Shown: piece by piece, positions 20,538 to 30,197 of the stretch
How positions within the stretch are numbered: the first letter of the stretch is position 1
How the letters are laid out: every line of letters starts with the position of its first letter
Assembly: GCA_027053075.1 (NCBI GenBank)
Contig: JALUEE010000090.1
Location: 10,392 to 74,391 of the forward strand
Source: a candidate division WOR-3 bacterium
GTDB lineage: Bacteria > Hydrothermota > Hydrothermia > B15-G9 > WFZT01
Direction: 5' to 3'
Length of the DNA: 64,000 bases
Made by a program: the position numbers and the translations under genes
The notes under the pieces: model-generated
What the model was told of the DNA's origin: nothing
The model's database searches: none
The model's input: only the letters and a program-made list of their open reading frames with translations

Positions 20538-21215
20538 GTGATGGCAGGAAAACTGTTTGTGGTGGCCACACCTATCGGGAATATTAAAGATATAACACTG
20601 CGGGCACTTGAAACCCTTAAGGAGGTTGACCTTATCCTCTGTGAGGACACGAGAAGAACGAGACCTCTTCTCTCGCATTACGGTATTTCAAATGAGCTTT
20701 TATCTTACAACGAGCACAACGAGCGCGAAAGAATACCATACGTCTTGGAGATGCTCGAACAGGGCCATGATGTAGCACTGGTCTCAGATGCTGGTACTCC
20801 CGGAATTTCTGATCCCGGATACCGCCTCGTAAGAGAGGCAAGATTGAGAGACTTTGAAGTCGTCTCGATTCCTGGTCCCTCTGCAATTATTGCGGCCCTT
20901 TCTATTTCCGGTTTACCCACAGACAGATTCGTTTTTGAAGGCTTCCTGCCACGTAAGAAATCAAGGCGTTTAAAACGCCTGGAATTTTTGAAAAAGGAGG
21001 ATCGAACGATTATAATTTATGAGTCGGTTCACCGCATAGAGCGAACCCTCCATGAGATTTTAGAGATTATGGGTGATAGAGAGGTGGCTCTGTGCAGGGA
21101 ATTGACGAAAGTACATGAAGAAGTTAAATTTGGAATGCTAAGCGAAATAATCAAGAAAGGTTTCACGAAAAAAGGTGAGTTTGTGATAGTTTTAAGAGGC
21201 TATGATGAGTCTTGA
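20538..21215 (+). CDS. rsmI: 16S rRNA (cytidine1402-2'-O)-methyltransferase
   Basis: GKLFVVATPIGNIKDITLRALETLKEVDLILCEDTRRT is the RsmI/tetrapyrrole-methylase signature. Confidence 0.85.
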   Translation: MMAGKLFVVATPIGNIKDITLRALETLKEVDLILCEDTRRTRPLLSHYGISNELLSYNEHNERERIPYVLEMLEQGHDVALVSDAGTPGISDPGYRLVREARLRDFEVVSIPGPSAIIAALSISGLPTDRFVFEGFLPRKKSRRLKRLEFLKKEDRTIIIYESVHRIERTLHEILEIMGDREVALCRELTKVHEEVKFGMLSEIIKKGFTKKGEFVIVLRGYDES

Positions 21216-21786
21216 CGCTCTGAAGAAGAAAGGGAAATCTTCTTTAAGGCCCTTTGTTAATCTCATGATTGCTCTCAAGGTGTCCCCGGACACTTTGAGT
21301 GTGACGGGATTCCTTATAACTCTAATCATCGGTTATTTCTATGCTCGTGGAGAGCTTGTACTGGGTGGAATTTTTATACTCGTGTCCGGATTGTTTGATG
21401 CCATTGATGGAGAGGTGGCAAGGGCAACAGGGAAAAGTTCAAGAAAAGGGGCACTTCTGGACTCAAGCATAGATAGAGTATCTGAATTCTTTATCTTTGG
21501 CGGCCTTTTGTACTATTTTAGGGCTAACACCTATGCGTTTGTCATCCTCTACCTTTCACTTGTTTTTTCTATACTCGTGAGTTACATGAGAGCTCGTGGC
21601 GAAGGACTTGGGTATTCTGCCCGTTCGGGCTTGATGGATCGGTCTGGAAGGATGATATATTTATTCTTTGCGTCACTTCTTGGGGAGAGGACGTTTATCT
21701 CCCTCATGACTGTATTTATGGTTCTGACATTTGCCACTGTGGTGGAAAGGTGGTTGATTTTGAGAAAAATTCTTTCTGAAAAATAA
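21202..21786 (+). CDS. CDP-alcohol phosphatidyltransferase family protein (candidate phosphatidylinositol-phosphate or DIPP synthase)
   Basis: [12 protein letters not shown]...G...D motif and 5-6 TM helices. Overlaps rsmI by 14 nt and lies 11 nt upstream of the inositol-phosphate synthase gene. Confidence 0.75.
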   Translation: MMSLDALKKKGKSSLRPFVNLMIALKVSPDTLSVTGFLITLIIGYFYARGELVLGGIFILVSGLFDAIDGEVARATGKSSRKGALLDSSIDRVSEFFIFGGLLYYFRANTYAFVILYLSLVFSILVSYMRARGEGLGYSARSGLMDRSGRMIYLFFASLLGERTFISLMTVFMVLTFATVVERWLILRKILSEK

Positions 21787-21797
21787 GGAGGTTAGAA

Positions 21798-22895
21798 ATG
21801 GGAGAAATCAGAGTTGCGATTGTTGGTGTTGGTAATTGCGCATCAAGTCTGGTGCAGGGCGTTTACTATTATAGAAATGCCCAGCCCGGTGATTTTATTC
21901 CGGGAATTATGCATGTGATTTTCGGTGGGTATCACATCAATGACATTAAATTCTGTTGCGCGTTCGACATCAACAAGACAAAGGTAGGAAAGGACCTCTC
22001 AGAGGCTATTTTTGCTTACCCCAACAACACATACAAGTTTACAGATGTTCCCAAAATGGGAGTGAAAGTTTACCGCGGAATGACCCATGACGGAATAGGC
22101 AAATATCTTGCTGACATTATCGAGAAGGCACCTGGTCCTACAGACGATGTGGCAAAAATCCTCAAAGAAGAAGGTGCTGACGTCGTAGTGAACTTCCTGC
22201 CTGTGGGCTCAGAAGAAGCCACAAAATGGTATGTTGAGCAGGCAATCCAGGCTGGAGCAGCGTTTGTTAATGGAATTCCGGTGTTTATCGCAAGCTCCGA
22301 ATACTGGAGCAAGAGGTTTGAGGAAGCCGGACTTCCTGTGCTCGGAGACGATATTAAGTCTCAGGTCGGTGCGACCATTGTCCACAGGACACTGGTACAG
22401 CTTTTCCTCGACAGAGGAGTAAAGCTTGAGAGAACCTCTCAGCTCAATGTAGGTGGAAACACTGACTTCCTCAACATGCTCGAGAGGGAAAGACTTCACT
22501 CAAAGAAGATTTCCAAGACTCAGGCTGTAACATCACTCCTACCCTACGACATTGGTGAGGAGAATGTGTACATTGGCCCATCAGACTATGTGGCATGGCT
22601 CAAGGACAGAAAGTGGGCATACATGAGACTTGAAGGTAGGACTTTCGGAGACGTGCCTCTGAATATCGAGCTCAAGCTTGAGGTCTGGGATTCGCCCAAC
22701 TCTGCAGGTGTAATGATAGATGCCATCAGAGCTGCAAAGATTGCAAAGGATAATGGACTTAAGGGTGCAATAATCGAGCCTTCAAGCTACTTCTTCAAGT
22801 CGCCACCGAAGCAGTTCCCTGACTACAAGGCACGTGCACTGCTTGAGGACTGGATAAAGAAGCACACGGAGAAGAAGGAAGAAAAGAAGAAGTAA
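21798..22895 (+). CDS. myo-inositol-1-phosphate synthase (archaeal/bacterial type)
   Basis: [23 protein letters not shown]-terminus and Lys-rich C-terminus; 365 aa. AAGGAGG RBS. Confidence 0.85.
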   Translation: MGEIRVAIVGVGNCASSLVQGVYYYRNAQPGDFIPGIMHVIFGGYHINDIKFCCAFDINKTKVGKDLSEAIFAYPNNTYKFTDVPKMGVKVYRGMTHDGIGKYLADIIEKAPGPTDDVAKILKEEGADVVVNFLPVGSEEATKWYVEQAIQAGAAFVNGIPVFIASSEYWSKRFEEAGLPVLGDDIKSQVGATIVHRTLVQLFLDRGVKLERTSQLNVGGNTDFLNMLERERLHSKKISKTQAVTSLLPYDIGEENVYIGPSDYVAWLKDRKWAYMRLEGRTFGDVPLNIELKLEVWDSPNSAGVMIDAIRAAKIAKDNGLKGAIIEPSSYFFKSPPKQFPDYKARALLEDWIKKHTEKKEEKKK

Positions 22896-22917
22896 TAATT
22901 TGGGAGATCTTTGAACT

Positions 22918-22962
22918 TAAGTGGGGCGGCACGCTTCGCGTGCCGCCCCACTTAATTTTTCT
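22918..22962 (+). terminator. rho-independent terminator
   Basis: AAGTGGGGCGGCACGC-TTC-GCGTGCCGCCCCACTT followed by AATTTTTCTC. Confidence 0.65.
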
Positions 22963-23387
22963 CAAAAAAATTTTAGCCCCTCTCTCACCGGTAGGTGAGG
23001 AGAGGGGGCTAAGTCAAACCACCTCCTGCGTCCTTATTCCCCCTCCATGCAATTTTACAAATGGCAATTTTTCTGCCACAAGATAAAATTTGGGATGGAG
23101 AAATGTATATGCTCCTTCTAATTAAGAGAAGTGTCCTTTCTAAACCCGGGCTGCAGGGCAGATAGGAGCAGAAAGATTTATCATAAATTCTTAAAAAGTT
23201 CTATTTGATGAACGGGCGGCGTGCTTTTGTCTGAAGTCCCATTTTGAGACTTAACCAGGAGGAAAAGTTCATAAAATGCCCAAAATTCCTGCTAATATAT
23301 CGAGTCCCAAAATGGGACACAAAAACGGAACACTCTAACTCATTTTATTTTCTGCGGAAAAACACTCTAAACCACAGGGTGAAAGCT

Positions 23388-24101
23388 CTACAAAATATTT
23401 TTGATCTCGCTGAGTCGGGTAATCACCCAATCTGCTTCCGTATCCCCTTCCCATTCCGGGTTGAAGAGAATGGCCTTCATGCCCACAGATTTTGCTCCCT
23501 TAACATCATACTCTTCGAGGTCGCCCACCATAATCGTTTCCTCGGGATAAGACTCGAGCCTTTCGAGTGCCCTTCTAAAAATCTCAGGATGGGGTTTCCT
23601 TATCCCTTCACCGGCGGACGAAAGGATTTTGTTAAAAAATTTGTTTAATCCATGCTTTTCCATCAATCTTAAGACAAACCTGTGGCAGGTAGAATTTGAT
23701 ATCAGGCCCAGTCTGTGCCCCTTATTCTTCAGGTATGAAAGCACATCCAGCGTGTCTGGAAAGAGTACATATTTCTCAATTTCCGGGGTAAAGAAAGCGT
23801 CAACTGCACGTTTCTTTATGGATTCAGGCACATTTTCAATCTGAAGAATGGATAAAGTTTTATCGAGAACTTCGTCGGCTGTAACCTCCTTTAGGGTCTC
23901 GTCAGCCTTCTTGAACGCTTTTAACCTTTCTTTTGTCCATACCCTGAGAAGATCGTCAAATTCGATGTAAATACCCTCGAGAGAAAAGACCCTATGCATG
24001 AGCTCAACGCCCTTTCGATTTACCTCTTCCACATCACCTGTGAATTTTACAAGGGTATTCCCCAGATCAAAGATTAAGGTCAAAAAGCCCTCCCTCTTCA
24101 A
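23388..24101 (-). CDS. HAD-superfamily hydrolase (phosphatase)
   Basis: LIFDLGNTLV (DxG motif I) ... GLISNS ... MVGDLEEYDVKGA (motif IV). Confidence 0.75.
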   Translation of the reverse strand: MKREGFLTLIFDLGNTLVKFTGDVEEVNRKGVELMHRVFSLEGIYIEFDDLLRVWTKERLKAFKKADETLKEVTADEVLDKTLSILQIENVPESIKKRAVDAFFTPEIEKYVLFPDTLDVLSYLKNKGHRLGLISNSTCHRFVLRLMEKHGLNKFFNKILSSAGEGIRKPHPEIFRRALERLESYPEETIMVGDLEEYDVKGAKSVGMKAILFNPEWEGDTEADWVITRLSEIKNIL

Positions 24102-25098
24102 TGATCGCCGTTATAAGTGAAATTGTGGCCTCAACATCGGACTTTCTCACAATGGAATTTGCACTGTGAATGTATCTTACCGGGACAGAAATGGCGGTGG
24201 CGTGGACTCCCTCACGAGAGGTCTGGATGGCTGCTGCATCTGTGGCTCCAACTCGTTTAACGATGAGCTGATAGGGTATTCCTCTTTTCTCTGCGAGGCT
24301 GGAAATGAAATTTACCCAGGCGCGCGAGGCAACAAAGGCCCTATCAGAAAGCCTGATTTCAGGTCCTTTCCCAACTTCGGCAAGCTTCCTGTGAAATGGC
24401 ACGCCAGGGGTGTCAAGGGCAACTGTTCCCTCAAGGGCAACTGCAAGGTCAGGTTCGATTCCAAATGCCGCTGTTCGAGCTCCCCTTAATCCTGCCTCTT
24501 CTTCCGCTGCAGCGAGAAGATAAAGGTCCACAGACCTCTTCGAAGCCCTCCTTGCTGCCTCGATCATCACGAATACCCCGACTCTGTCATCAAAGGCCTT
24601 ACCAAGGATCGCCTCTTTCTGCTCAACCGCCTTTGTATCAAAGGTTACAGAATCACCTATCTTGATGAGCTTCTTAACCGTTTCAGGTTCAAGTCCGGTG
24701 TCAACAAACATCTCGTCGAGGTCCGGTAATTTTTTGTCCTCTCCTTTTCTGACGTGAGGTGGAACTGATCCAAAAACACCGTAAACTGGCTCCTTACCCC
24801 AAATCACAACTCTCTCTCCATAAGCATGCTCAGGGGGTATGCCGCCGACAGGGACAACCCGAATAAATCCGTCCTCGTCAATTTTTGATACCATAAAACC
24901 CACTTCGTCCATGTGGGCGTCAAGTAGAAGCTTCGGACCCTCACCTTTTATGTGTATAATGAGATTACCGAGGGGATCTGTTTTTACTTCATCCGCCAGG
25001 TCTTTGAGTTCGCGGAGCACAATTTCCCTTATCTTACCCTCGTCACCGGGAATACCCGGGGTATCCGATAATTCAATTAAAAGTTTCCAGTTAGTCAT
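24067..25098 (-). CDS. M42-family aminopeptidase (FrvX-like)
   Basis: DPLGNLIIHIKG...LLDAHMDEVGFMV matches the M42 metal-site region. Confidence 0.8.
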   Translation of the reverse strand: MTNWKLLIELSDTPGIPGDEGKIREIVLRELKDLADEVKTDPLGNLIIHIKGEGPKLLLDAHMDEVGFMVSKIDEDGFIRVVPVGGIPPEHAYGERVVIWGKEPVYGVFGSVPPHVRKGEDKKLPDLDEMFVDTGLEPETVKKLIKIGDSVTFDTKAVEQKEAILGKAFDDRVGVFVMIEAARRASKRSVDLYLLAAAEEEAGLRGARTAAFGIEPDLAVALEGTVALDTPGVPFHRKLAEVGKGPEIRLSDRAFVASRAWVNFISSLAEKRGIPYQLIVKRVGATDAAAIQTSREGVHATAISVPVRYIHSANSIVRKSDVEATISLITAIIEEGGLFDLNL

Positions 25099-25882
25099 CT
25101 ATTTCTTGCCTCCTTTCAGCGATTTCCTTAAGAAAATTTTTAAGCTCTTCGGGATTCCTGAGGAGGATTTTTAGTTCCATTAAGACGTTTGAGAAATCCT
25201 GTAGAGCGTCCTCAACATTTTTTCGGTTGGTTAAAAGTATATCAAATGCCATGTCAGGATTCTGGGCAGCAAGCCGGGTGGTGGATTTGATGCCTGGACC
25301 CCAAAAATCTGCATATTTTGACGAGAGTCTTGTGAGAGCCAGGGCTATCACATAAGGCATATGACTTGTGTAAGCCATCACAGTGTCGTGTATCTCTGGT
25401 TCGATCCAGATGGGAATTGCACCAACATCCCGAACGATGGTTTCAACAACTTTTTTGTCTTTTCGCCGAAGATTCCCGGAAAGGAAAAATTTCTGATTTT
25501 CAAAGAGGTCTGCATTCCAGCTCTCAGGACCCTTTTTCTCTGTTCCACACAGTGGATGACCTCCCACAAACTTGAGTTTTTTCCGCTTTGCAATTTCCAT
25601 TATCCTCAGCTTCGTACTTCCAGTGTCCATTATGATCCCGGCAAAACTTTCTATTGAGTCGAGGATTTTCTCGTTTGCGAGAATAGGAGCCGAAAGTATC
25701 AGAAAATCAACACTACCTTTTAGCTCGTCGAGTGTGTCAAACTGGCCGTCAATCTTTTCCTCAATTGCCTTTTTTATGGCCTTGTCTTTATCGAGGCCAA
25801 ATACCTGGTACTTCCCGGTTTTTGCAAGAGCAAGAGCCAGTGATCCACCTATTTGACCGAGACCCACGATTCCAATTTTCAT
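25091..25882 (-). CDS. tyrA: prephenate/arogenate dehydrogenase
   Basis: MKIGIVGLGQIGGSLA Rossmann motif ... HPLCG. Confidence 0.8.
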   Translation of the reverse strand: MKIGIVGLGQIGGSLALALAKTGKYQVFGLDKDKAIKKAIEEKIDGQFDTLDELKGSVDFLILSAPILANEKILDSIESFAGIIMDTGSTKLRIMEIAKRKKLKFVGGHPLCGTEKKGPESWNADLFENQKFFLSGNLRRKDKKVVETIVRDVGAIPIWIEPEIHDTVMAYTSHMPYVIALALTRLSSKYADFWGPGIKSTTRLAAQNPDMAFDILLTNRKNVEDALQDFSNVLMELKILLRNPEELKNFLKEIAERRQEIDD

Positions 25883-26700
25883 CTTTTTTCACCAGGATAT
25901 GAACCTATTACCTTCACAAAGGTTGCTAACTTCAGGAGTTCTATGAGTGCATCTTCGACGTTTTTGTCGGTTACGTGCCCCTCAAAATCGAGGTAAAATA
26001 CATACTGCCAGGGGGATTTTTTGTCCGGGCGAGACTCGATTTTTGTGAGATTTATGCCTCTTTTTGCGAAAGCTTCCAGACACTCCAGCAAAGCTCCAGG
26101 CTTGTGCCTTGTAGAAAAGACGATGGATGTTTTGTTGTAATCAGATTTCCCGGGTTCCTCACGCGATAGAATGAAAAATCTCGTGAAATTCCAGGGGAAA
26201 TCTTCGATGGATTCGTCAAGTATCTTTAGGCCGTAAATCCCAGCAGCCCTCTTTGAGGCGATACATGCATACTCAGGATTGTTCATCTCTTTTATTTTCC
26301 TTGCACTTCCTGCAGTGTCAAACTCTGGAATTGCCTGAAGATTTTTTCTGCGAATGTAGTTCTGGCACTGAGCTAAGGCCTGTGGGTGAGAGATGACGTA
26401 TTTAACAGTGGAAAGAGAAGCTGAGTCCACACCAAGAAGAGCATGGGATACCCTTAGTGTGACCTCTCCGTAAACGTGCAGAGGCGTCATAAACAGCAGG
26501 TCATAAACCTGAGTGACGGAGCCGGCAACAGAGTTTTCAATGGGTAGAATACCAAAATCTGCTTCTCCGCTTTGAACAAGCTCCACAACCTCTTCGAATG
26601 AATAGCAGGGGATCGTTTCAATGTCTTCGCTTTTGAAAAACTTCAGTGCCGCTTCTTCTGAAAAAGCGCCTTTCTCGCCCTGAAAAGCTACTTTTTTCAT
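25879..26700 (-). CDS. pheA: prephenate dehydratase with ACT domain
   Basis: KVAFQGEKGAFSEEAA...ESRP; the C-terminal ACT domain GALLECL. Confidence 0.85.
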   Translation of the reverse strand: MKKVAFQGEKGAFSEEAALKFFKSEDIETIPCYSFEEVVELVQSGEADFGILPIENSVAGSVTQVYDLLFMTPLHVYGEVTLRVSHALLGVDSASLSTVKYVISHPQALAQCQNYIRRKNLQAIPEFDTAGSARKIKEMNNPEYACIASKRAAGIYGLKILDESIEDFPWNFTRFFILSREEPGKSDYNKTSIVFSTRHKPGALLECLEAFAKRGINLTKIESRPDKKSPWQYVFYLDFEGHVTDKNVEDALIELLKLATFVKVIGSYPGEKR

Positions 26701-27053
26701 GATAAATCACTCCTCAAGGAGGCAGCGCCCCTCAAATAGACATGCTTAATCTCATCCTGTGATTTGTCGGTTTCAAAAAGGAGGAGAATGCGAATAACCC
26801 GTTTCATTGCTCCTTCTACCTCCATCTCCTGGGTGTCAAGCAGTGGAACACGTGTAAGGCCCATCTCTCTTGCCGCCTCTGCCGGAAACGCCTTGTTCAG
26901 ATCACTTGTTGCCGAAAAAATGATAGCAGAGATATTTTCTCCAGAAATTTGATTCCGCTCCAGAATCTCTGTCAAAAGCTCTTTTGTGCGGGAGAGAATC
27001 TCCTCGCGTTCATTTTTATTGCAGGTTATAGCTCCTCTGACTCCTCTTACCAT
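26697..27053 (-). CDS. aroH: chorismate mutase, AroH class
   Basis: MVRGVRGAITCNKNEREEIL...VYLRGAASLRSDLS is colinear with B. subtilis AroH. Confidence 0.85.
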   Translation of the reverse strand: MVRGVRGAITCNKNEREEILSRTKELLTEILERNQISGENISAIIFSATSDLNKAFPAEAAREMGLTRVPLLDTQEMEVEGAMKRVIRILLLFETDKSQDEIKHVYLRGAASLRSDLS

Positions 27054-27973
27054 GCCCTGCCGTTTGAACCGAAAAGGCGAATTTTCCTCTTTACCGTTTC
27101 TTTCACCATTTCTCTGCCCTCGCCGAGGTATTTCCTCGGGTCGAAGACGTCAGGGTTTTCTGAGAGGAATTTTCGAACACCTGCAAGAAAAGATAGTCTT
27201 AAGTCGGTATCTATGTTGATCTTGCAAATACCTGCCTCAATCGCGGCTTTAATCTGATCATCCGGTACTCCCTTTGCTCCTTTGAGCTCAGCACCATATT
27301 TTTCTGCAAGTGCAACAATGTCAGGAAGTACACCAGATGCACCGTGTAGAACGAGGGGAATTTTAACAAGTTCACGTATCTTTTTGATCCTTTCAATGTC
27401 TAATTTTGGCTCACCTTTGAACTTGTATGCACCATGGGATGTTCCCACTGCCACTGCAAGAGCATCAACTCCTGTGGCGTCTACGAACTCTTTTGCCTCC
27501 ACGGGGTCCGTAAGAACTGCTTCTCTTTCACTGACCTTGACGATATCTTCAATCCCTTTAAGTCTCCCAATTTCAGCCTCGACTGTTACCCCCACTGCGT
27601 GGGCAAGGTCCACAACTTTGGAAGTAATTCTTACATTATCCTCAAAAGGTTTATCCGAAGCATCAATCATTACAGATGTGAATCCATTTCGAATGGCCGA
27701 GACAATCACTTCCCAGTGCTTTCCGTGGTCCACGTGGAGTGCAATGGGGACAGATGACTTTGATGCGGCGAGTTTGACCATCTCTGCTAAAAATTCGATT
27801 CCAGCGTATTTCATTGCACCTTCACTAACTGCGATAATAACCGGTGAATTTTCTTCCTCTGCTGCCTCTACGATAGCCTGCATAAATTCAAGATTGTTGA
27901 TATTGAAGGCGCCTACACCATAACCCTTTTCGTAGGCGTCAGTGAGAATTTCTTTCATTGTAACAAGTGCCAT
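27047..27973 (-). CDS. fba: class II fructose-bisphosphate aldolase
   Basis: GYGVGAFNINNLEF...LHVDHG...VMIDAS zinc-aldolase motifs. Confidence 0.85.
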   Translation of the reverse strand: MALVTMKEILTDAYEKGYGVGAFNINNLEFMQAIVEAAEEENSPVIIAVSEGAMKYAGIEFLAEMVKLAASKSSVPIALHVDHGKHWEVIVSAIRNGFTSVMIDASDKPFEDNVRITSKVVDLAHAVGVTVEAEIGRLKGIEDIVKVSEREAVLTDPVEAKEFVDATGVDALAVAVGTSHGAYKFKGEPKLDIERIKKIRELVKIPLVLHGASGVLPDIVALAEKYGAELKGAKGVPDDQIKAAIEAGICKINIDTDLRLSFLAGVRKFLSENPDVFDPRKYLGEGREMVKETVKRKIRLFGSNGRAW

Positions 27974-28109
27974 GATTACCTCCTTGTAAATAGTTTAATC
28001 TTCGAGAGAAGGCGTTGCAATAGAGGGTGAATTTATGCGGGAAGGAAAATTTTGTAAGCAGGCATAAGCAATGAGTACTCGAGAGGCTCATCCTGTAAAA
28101 TAAAAAAAG

Positions 28110-28345
28110 AAAATACGCCCCTCTCCCACAAACTTAGTTTGTGGAAGAGGGTGCAGGGAGAAGGTATTCCGCTTGAAAACTTAAAAATCCAAGATGTAAA
28201 CCCTCACCCCACCCCTCTCCCGCGAAGCAGGAGAGGGAGATTTTCAGATTTTTGATTGAAATTTTGTCAGATGTGACCACTAACCTCATTCATATCCCAG
28301 CAGAGAATTTACACGGGGAGAGGAAGTTTATTTTGATGGGGTGTC
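28110..28345. repeat. intergenic mosaic repeat copy B (most complete)
   Basis: CTCTCCCACAAAC-TTAG-GTTTGTGGAAGAG palindrome, GGTATTCCGCTTGAAAACTTAAAAATCCAAGATGTAAACCCTCACCCC block, CCCTCTCC-CGCGAAGCAG-GGAGAGGG palindrome, then GAATTTACACGGGGAGAGGAAGT block. Confidence 0.7.
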
Positions 28346-28394
28346 TAAACTTTTTCTCTGGTAGAAAACCATTAAATTAGAGTGGATTGGGGAT

Positions 28395-29357
28395 TTATTT
28401 CACCCCTCTTTTTATCTCCGGTACAAGATAAAAGTTGATGCCTCTGTAATTGATTCGTTTGAGGTCCCCTCTTTTAACAAGCTGGTCAAGGAAGTTGTCC
28501 GGTATGTCCTCGAATCTTTTCTTCAGGGTTTCGATAATCTCATCTTCCCTCATTGGATGCCTGCGACAAATAGATTTTATGGCCTCAACTGGATTTTCAA
28601 ATCCTTCAAGGTCAAATTCACCCTGCTCCGGGTGTGTAATTGGAACTACATTCCCTAATATTGCATGCGCTCTTACAATGGCCTCTTCATCAGGTGGAAC
28701 AGCCCAGGGCTCTGCCGGTGGTCTGATGGGAACATTAATATAAACCCTATCCGGCCTGATCTTTTTAAGGGCTTGGGCAAGCTCGGTCAGCTCCTTCTCG
28801 CTGTCGTTCAACCCTTTAACGAGCATTATTTCAAGCCATATCTGACCTTTATAGATTTCCCGGAACCTGATTTGACCATCAATAACTTTATCAATTGTTA
28901 TACTTTTGTGCGGCCTGTTTAAACGTTTGAAAGTTTCCTCAAAAACGGTGTCAAGTGAGGGAAGTACTACATCAGCTTTCGAAAGGTCTTCTCTTACTCC
29001 CTTGTCATATAAAAGTGCCCCGTTGGTGATAACCGCCACAGGTAAACCTGTTTTTGATTTTGCCATCTCGATGAGCCAGCCCAGGTTAATGTTTAAAGTT
29101 GGCTCCCCCTCTCCCACAAATGTGATAAAATCTATTTTATTTTTATTGAGTGAAACTGCTTCGATTATTTCATCAAGGATGTCTTCTTTAGAGAAAAACT
29201 CCTGACGCTCATTGATAAGATGAAGTGTCCTCCCGAGTTGACAGTATACGCATGAGTAATTACAGGTTTTTAAGGGTATCGGATTAACACCGAGGGAACG
29301 ACCGAGCCTCCTTGATGGGACTGGTCCATATACATACTTAAATTTTTTCGAGTTCAC
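28395..29357 (-). CDS. radical SAM protein (GTG start)
   Basis: CNYSCVYCQLG CxxxCxxC cluster; GPVPSRRLGRSLGVN N-terminal motif. Confidence 0.8.
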   Translation of the reverse strand: MNSKKFKYVYGPVPSRRLGRSLGVNPIPLKTCNYSCVYCQLGRTLHLINERQEFFSKEDILDEIIEAVSLNKNKIDFITFVGEGEPTLNINLGWLIEMAKSKTGLPVAVITNGALLYDKGVREDLSKADVVLPSLDTVFEETFKRLNRPHKSITIDKVIDGQIRFREIYKGQIWLEIMLVKGLNDSEKELTELAQALKKIRPDRVYINVPIRPPAEPWAVPPDEEAIVRAHAILGNVVPITHPEQGEFDLEGFENPVEAIKSICRRHPMREDEIIETLKKRFEDIPDNFLDQLVKRGDLKRINYRGINFYLVPEIKRGVK

Positions 29358-29691
29358 TTTTCACCATCTCCAGTGCCTTTTCAATGGGTACATTTTTCTT
29401 CATTAATGGGAACATTTTTATACCCTTCTTTTCAAGTAGTTTCCTGTTTTGTAGACCCATTGAGTGGCCAATAAAAACCTGACAGTCCGAGAGCAAATGT
29501 TTTATGAGCTTTGCCTTCTCGGGATTGTTGTGCTCATCAATACCTAATTTTTCATCGGTGTAATCATTTATTCGCTTTTCAACGAAATGGAACTCACCAT
29601 CTTTGTAATCGTAAATGTAATACATTTCAGCGTCACCAAAATGGCCAAACCTCACAGTTTTACCGTCATCTGTGGCAACTGCTATTCTCAT
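29338..29691 (-). CDS. NifX/NifB-C-terminal-like (dinitrogenase FeMo-cofactor-binding fold) domain protein
   Basis: MRIAVATDDGKTV..HFGDAEMYYIYD matches the PF02579-type fold. GGAGGAG RBS. Overlaps the radical SAM start by 20 nt. Confidence 0.75.
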   Translation of the reverse strand: MRIAVATDDGKTVRFGHFGDAEMYYIYDYKDGEFHFVEKRINDYTDEKLGIDEHNNPEKAKLIKHLLSDCQVFIGHSMGLQNRKLLEKKGIKMFPLMKKNVPIEKALEMVKSELEKI

Positions 29692-30197
29692 GTTTCTCTC
29701 CTCCTTTTTGCAGCTATGAAAATTTCCATGAAAGTTTCACGAATTTCTACGATCTCAAAGCCGTACTTTTTAAGCATGGATTCAAATTCTTCCCTGCTGT
29801 AGTATCTTTCGGGGATTCCTGTATTCGCCCCTTTCTTCCAGTCTATGATGATAAAAATTCCGTCTGGCTTTAATACGAGTGGTAATTTGCTTAAGAATTT
29901 GTCAGGATGTGAGATATGATGGAAAGAATGTATGGTGTATACAAGATCAAACGTGCCTTCAAGTTTATCAACGTCTTCTGCTTTTAGCGGAACAAGCTCA
30001 ATGTTTTTATCTTTGTAATGGGTGGTATATGGGTCTATCCCAACGCCTCTAACTCCAAATTTTTCTACGAGCTTGAAAAGGAACCTCCCGCTTCCAGTAC
30101 CCACGTCAAGAATAGTATGTCCCTTTTCTGTTCGTGCAGTGACTGCCTTTAGTTTCAGGTTTTCTATGTATTTTGCGATAAAATCAAGGTGCTGCAT
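29688..30197 (-). CDS. class I SAM-dependent methyltransferase
   Basis: ILDVGTGSGRF motif I ... GIDP ... LKPDGIFII. GGAG RBS. Confidence 0.75.
   Translation of the reverse strand: MQHLDFIAKYIENLKLKAVTARTEKGHTILDVGTGSGRFLFKLVEKFGVRGVGIDPYTTHYKDKNIELVPLKAEDVDKLEGTFDLVYTIHSFHHISHPDKFLSKLPLVLKPDGIFIIIDWKKGANTGIPERYYSREEFESMLKKYGFEIVEIRETFMEIFIAAKRRRET

Noticed and set aside
23244-23648. 134-aa plus-strand ORF overlapping the 3' end of the HAD hydrolase gene
   Set aside because: No RBS and no recognisable domain. Half of it overlaps a convincing minus-strand gene. The upstream part lies in a repeat-bearing intergenic region.
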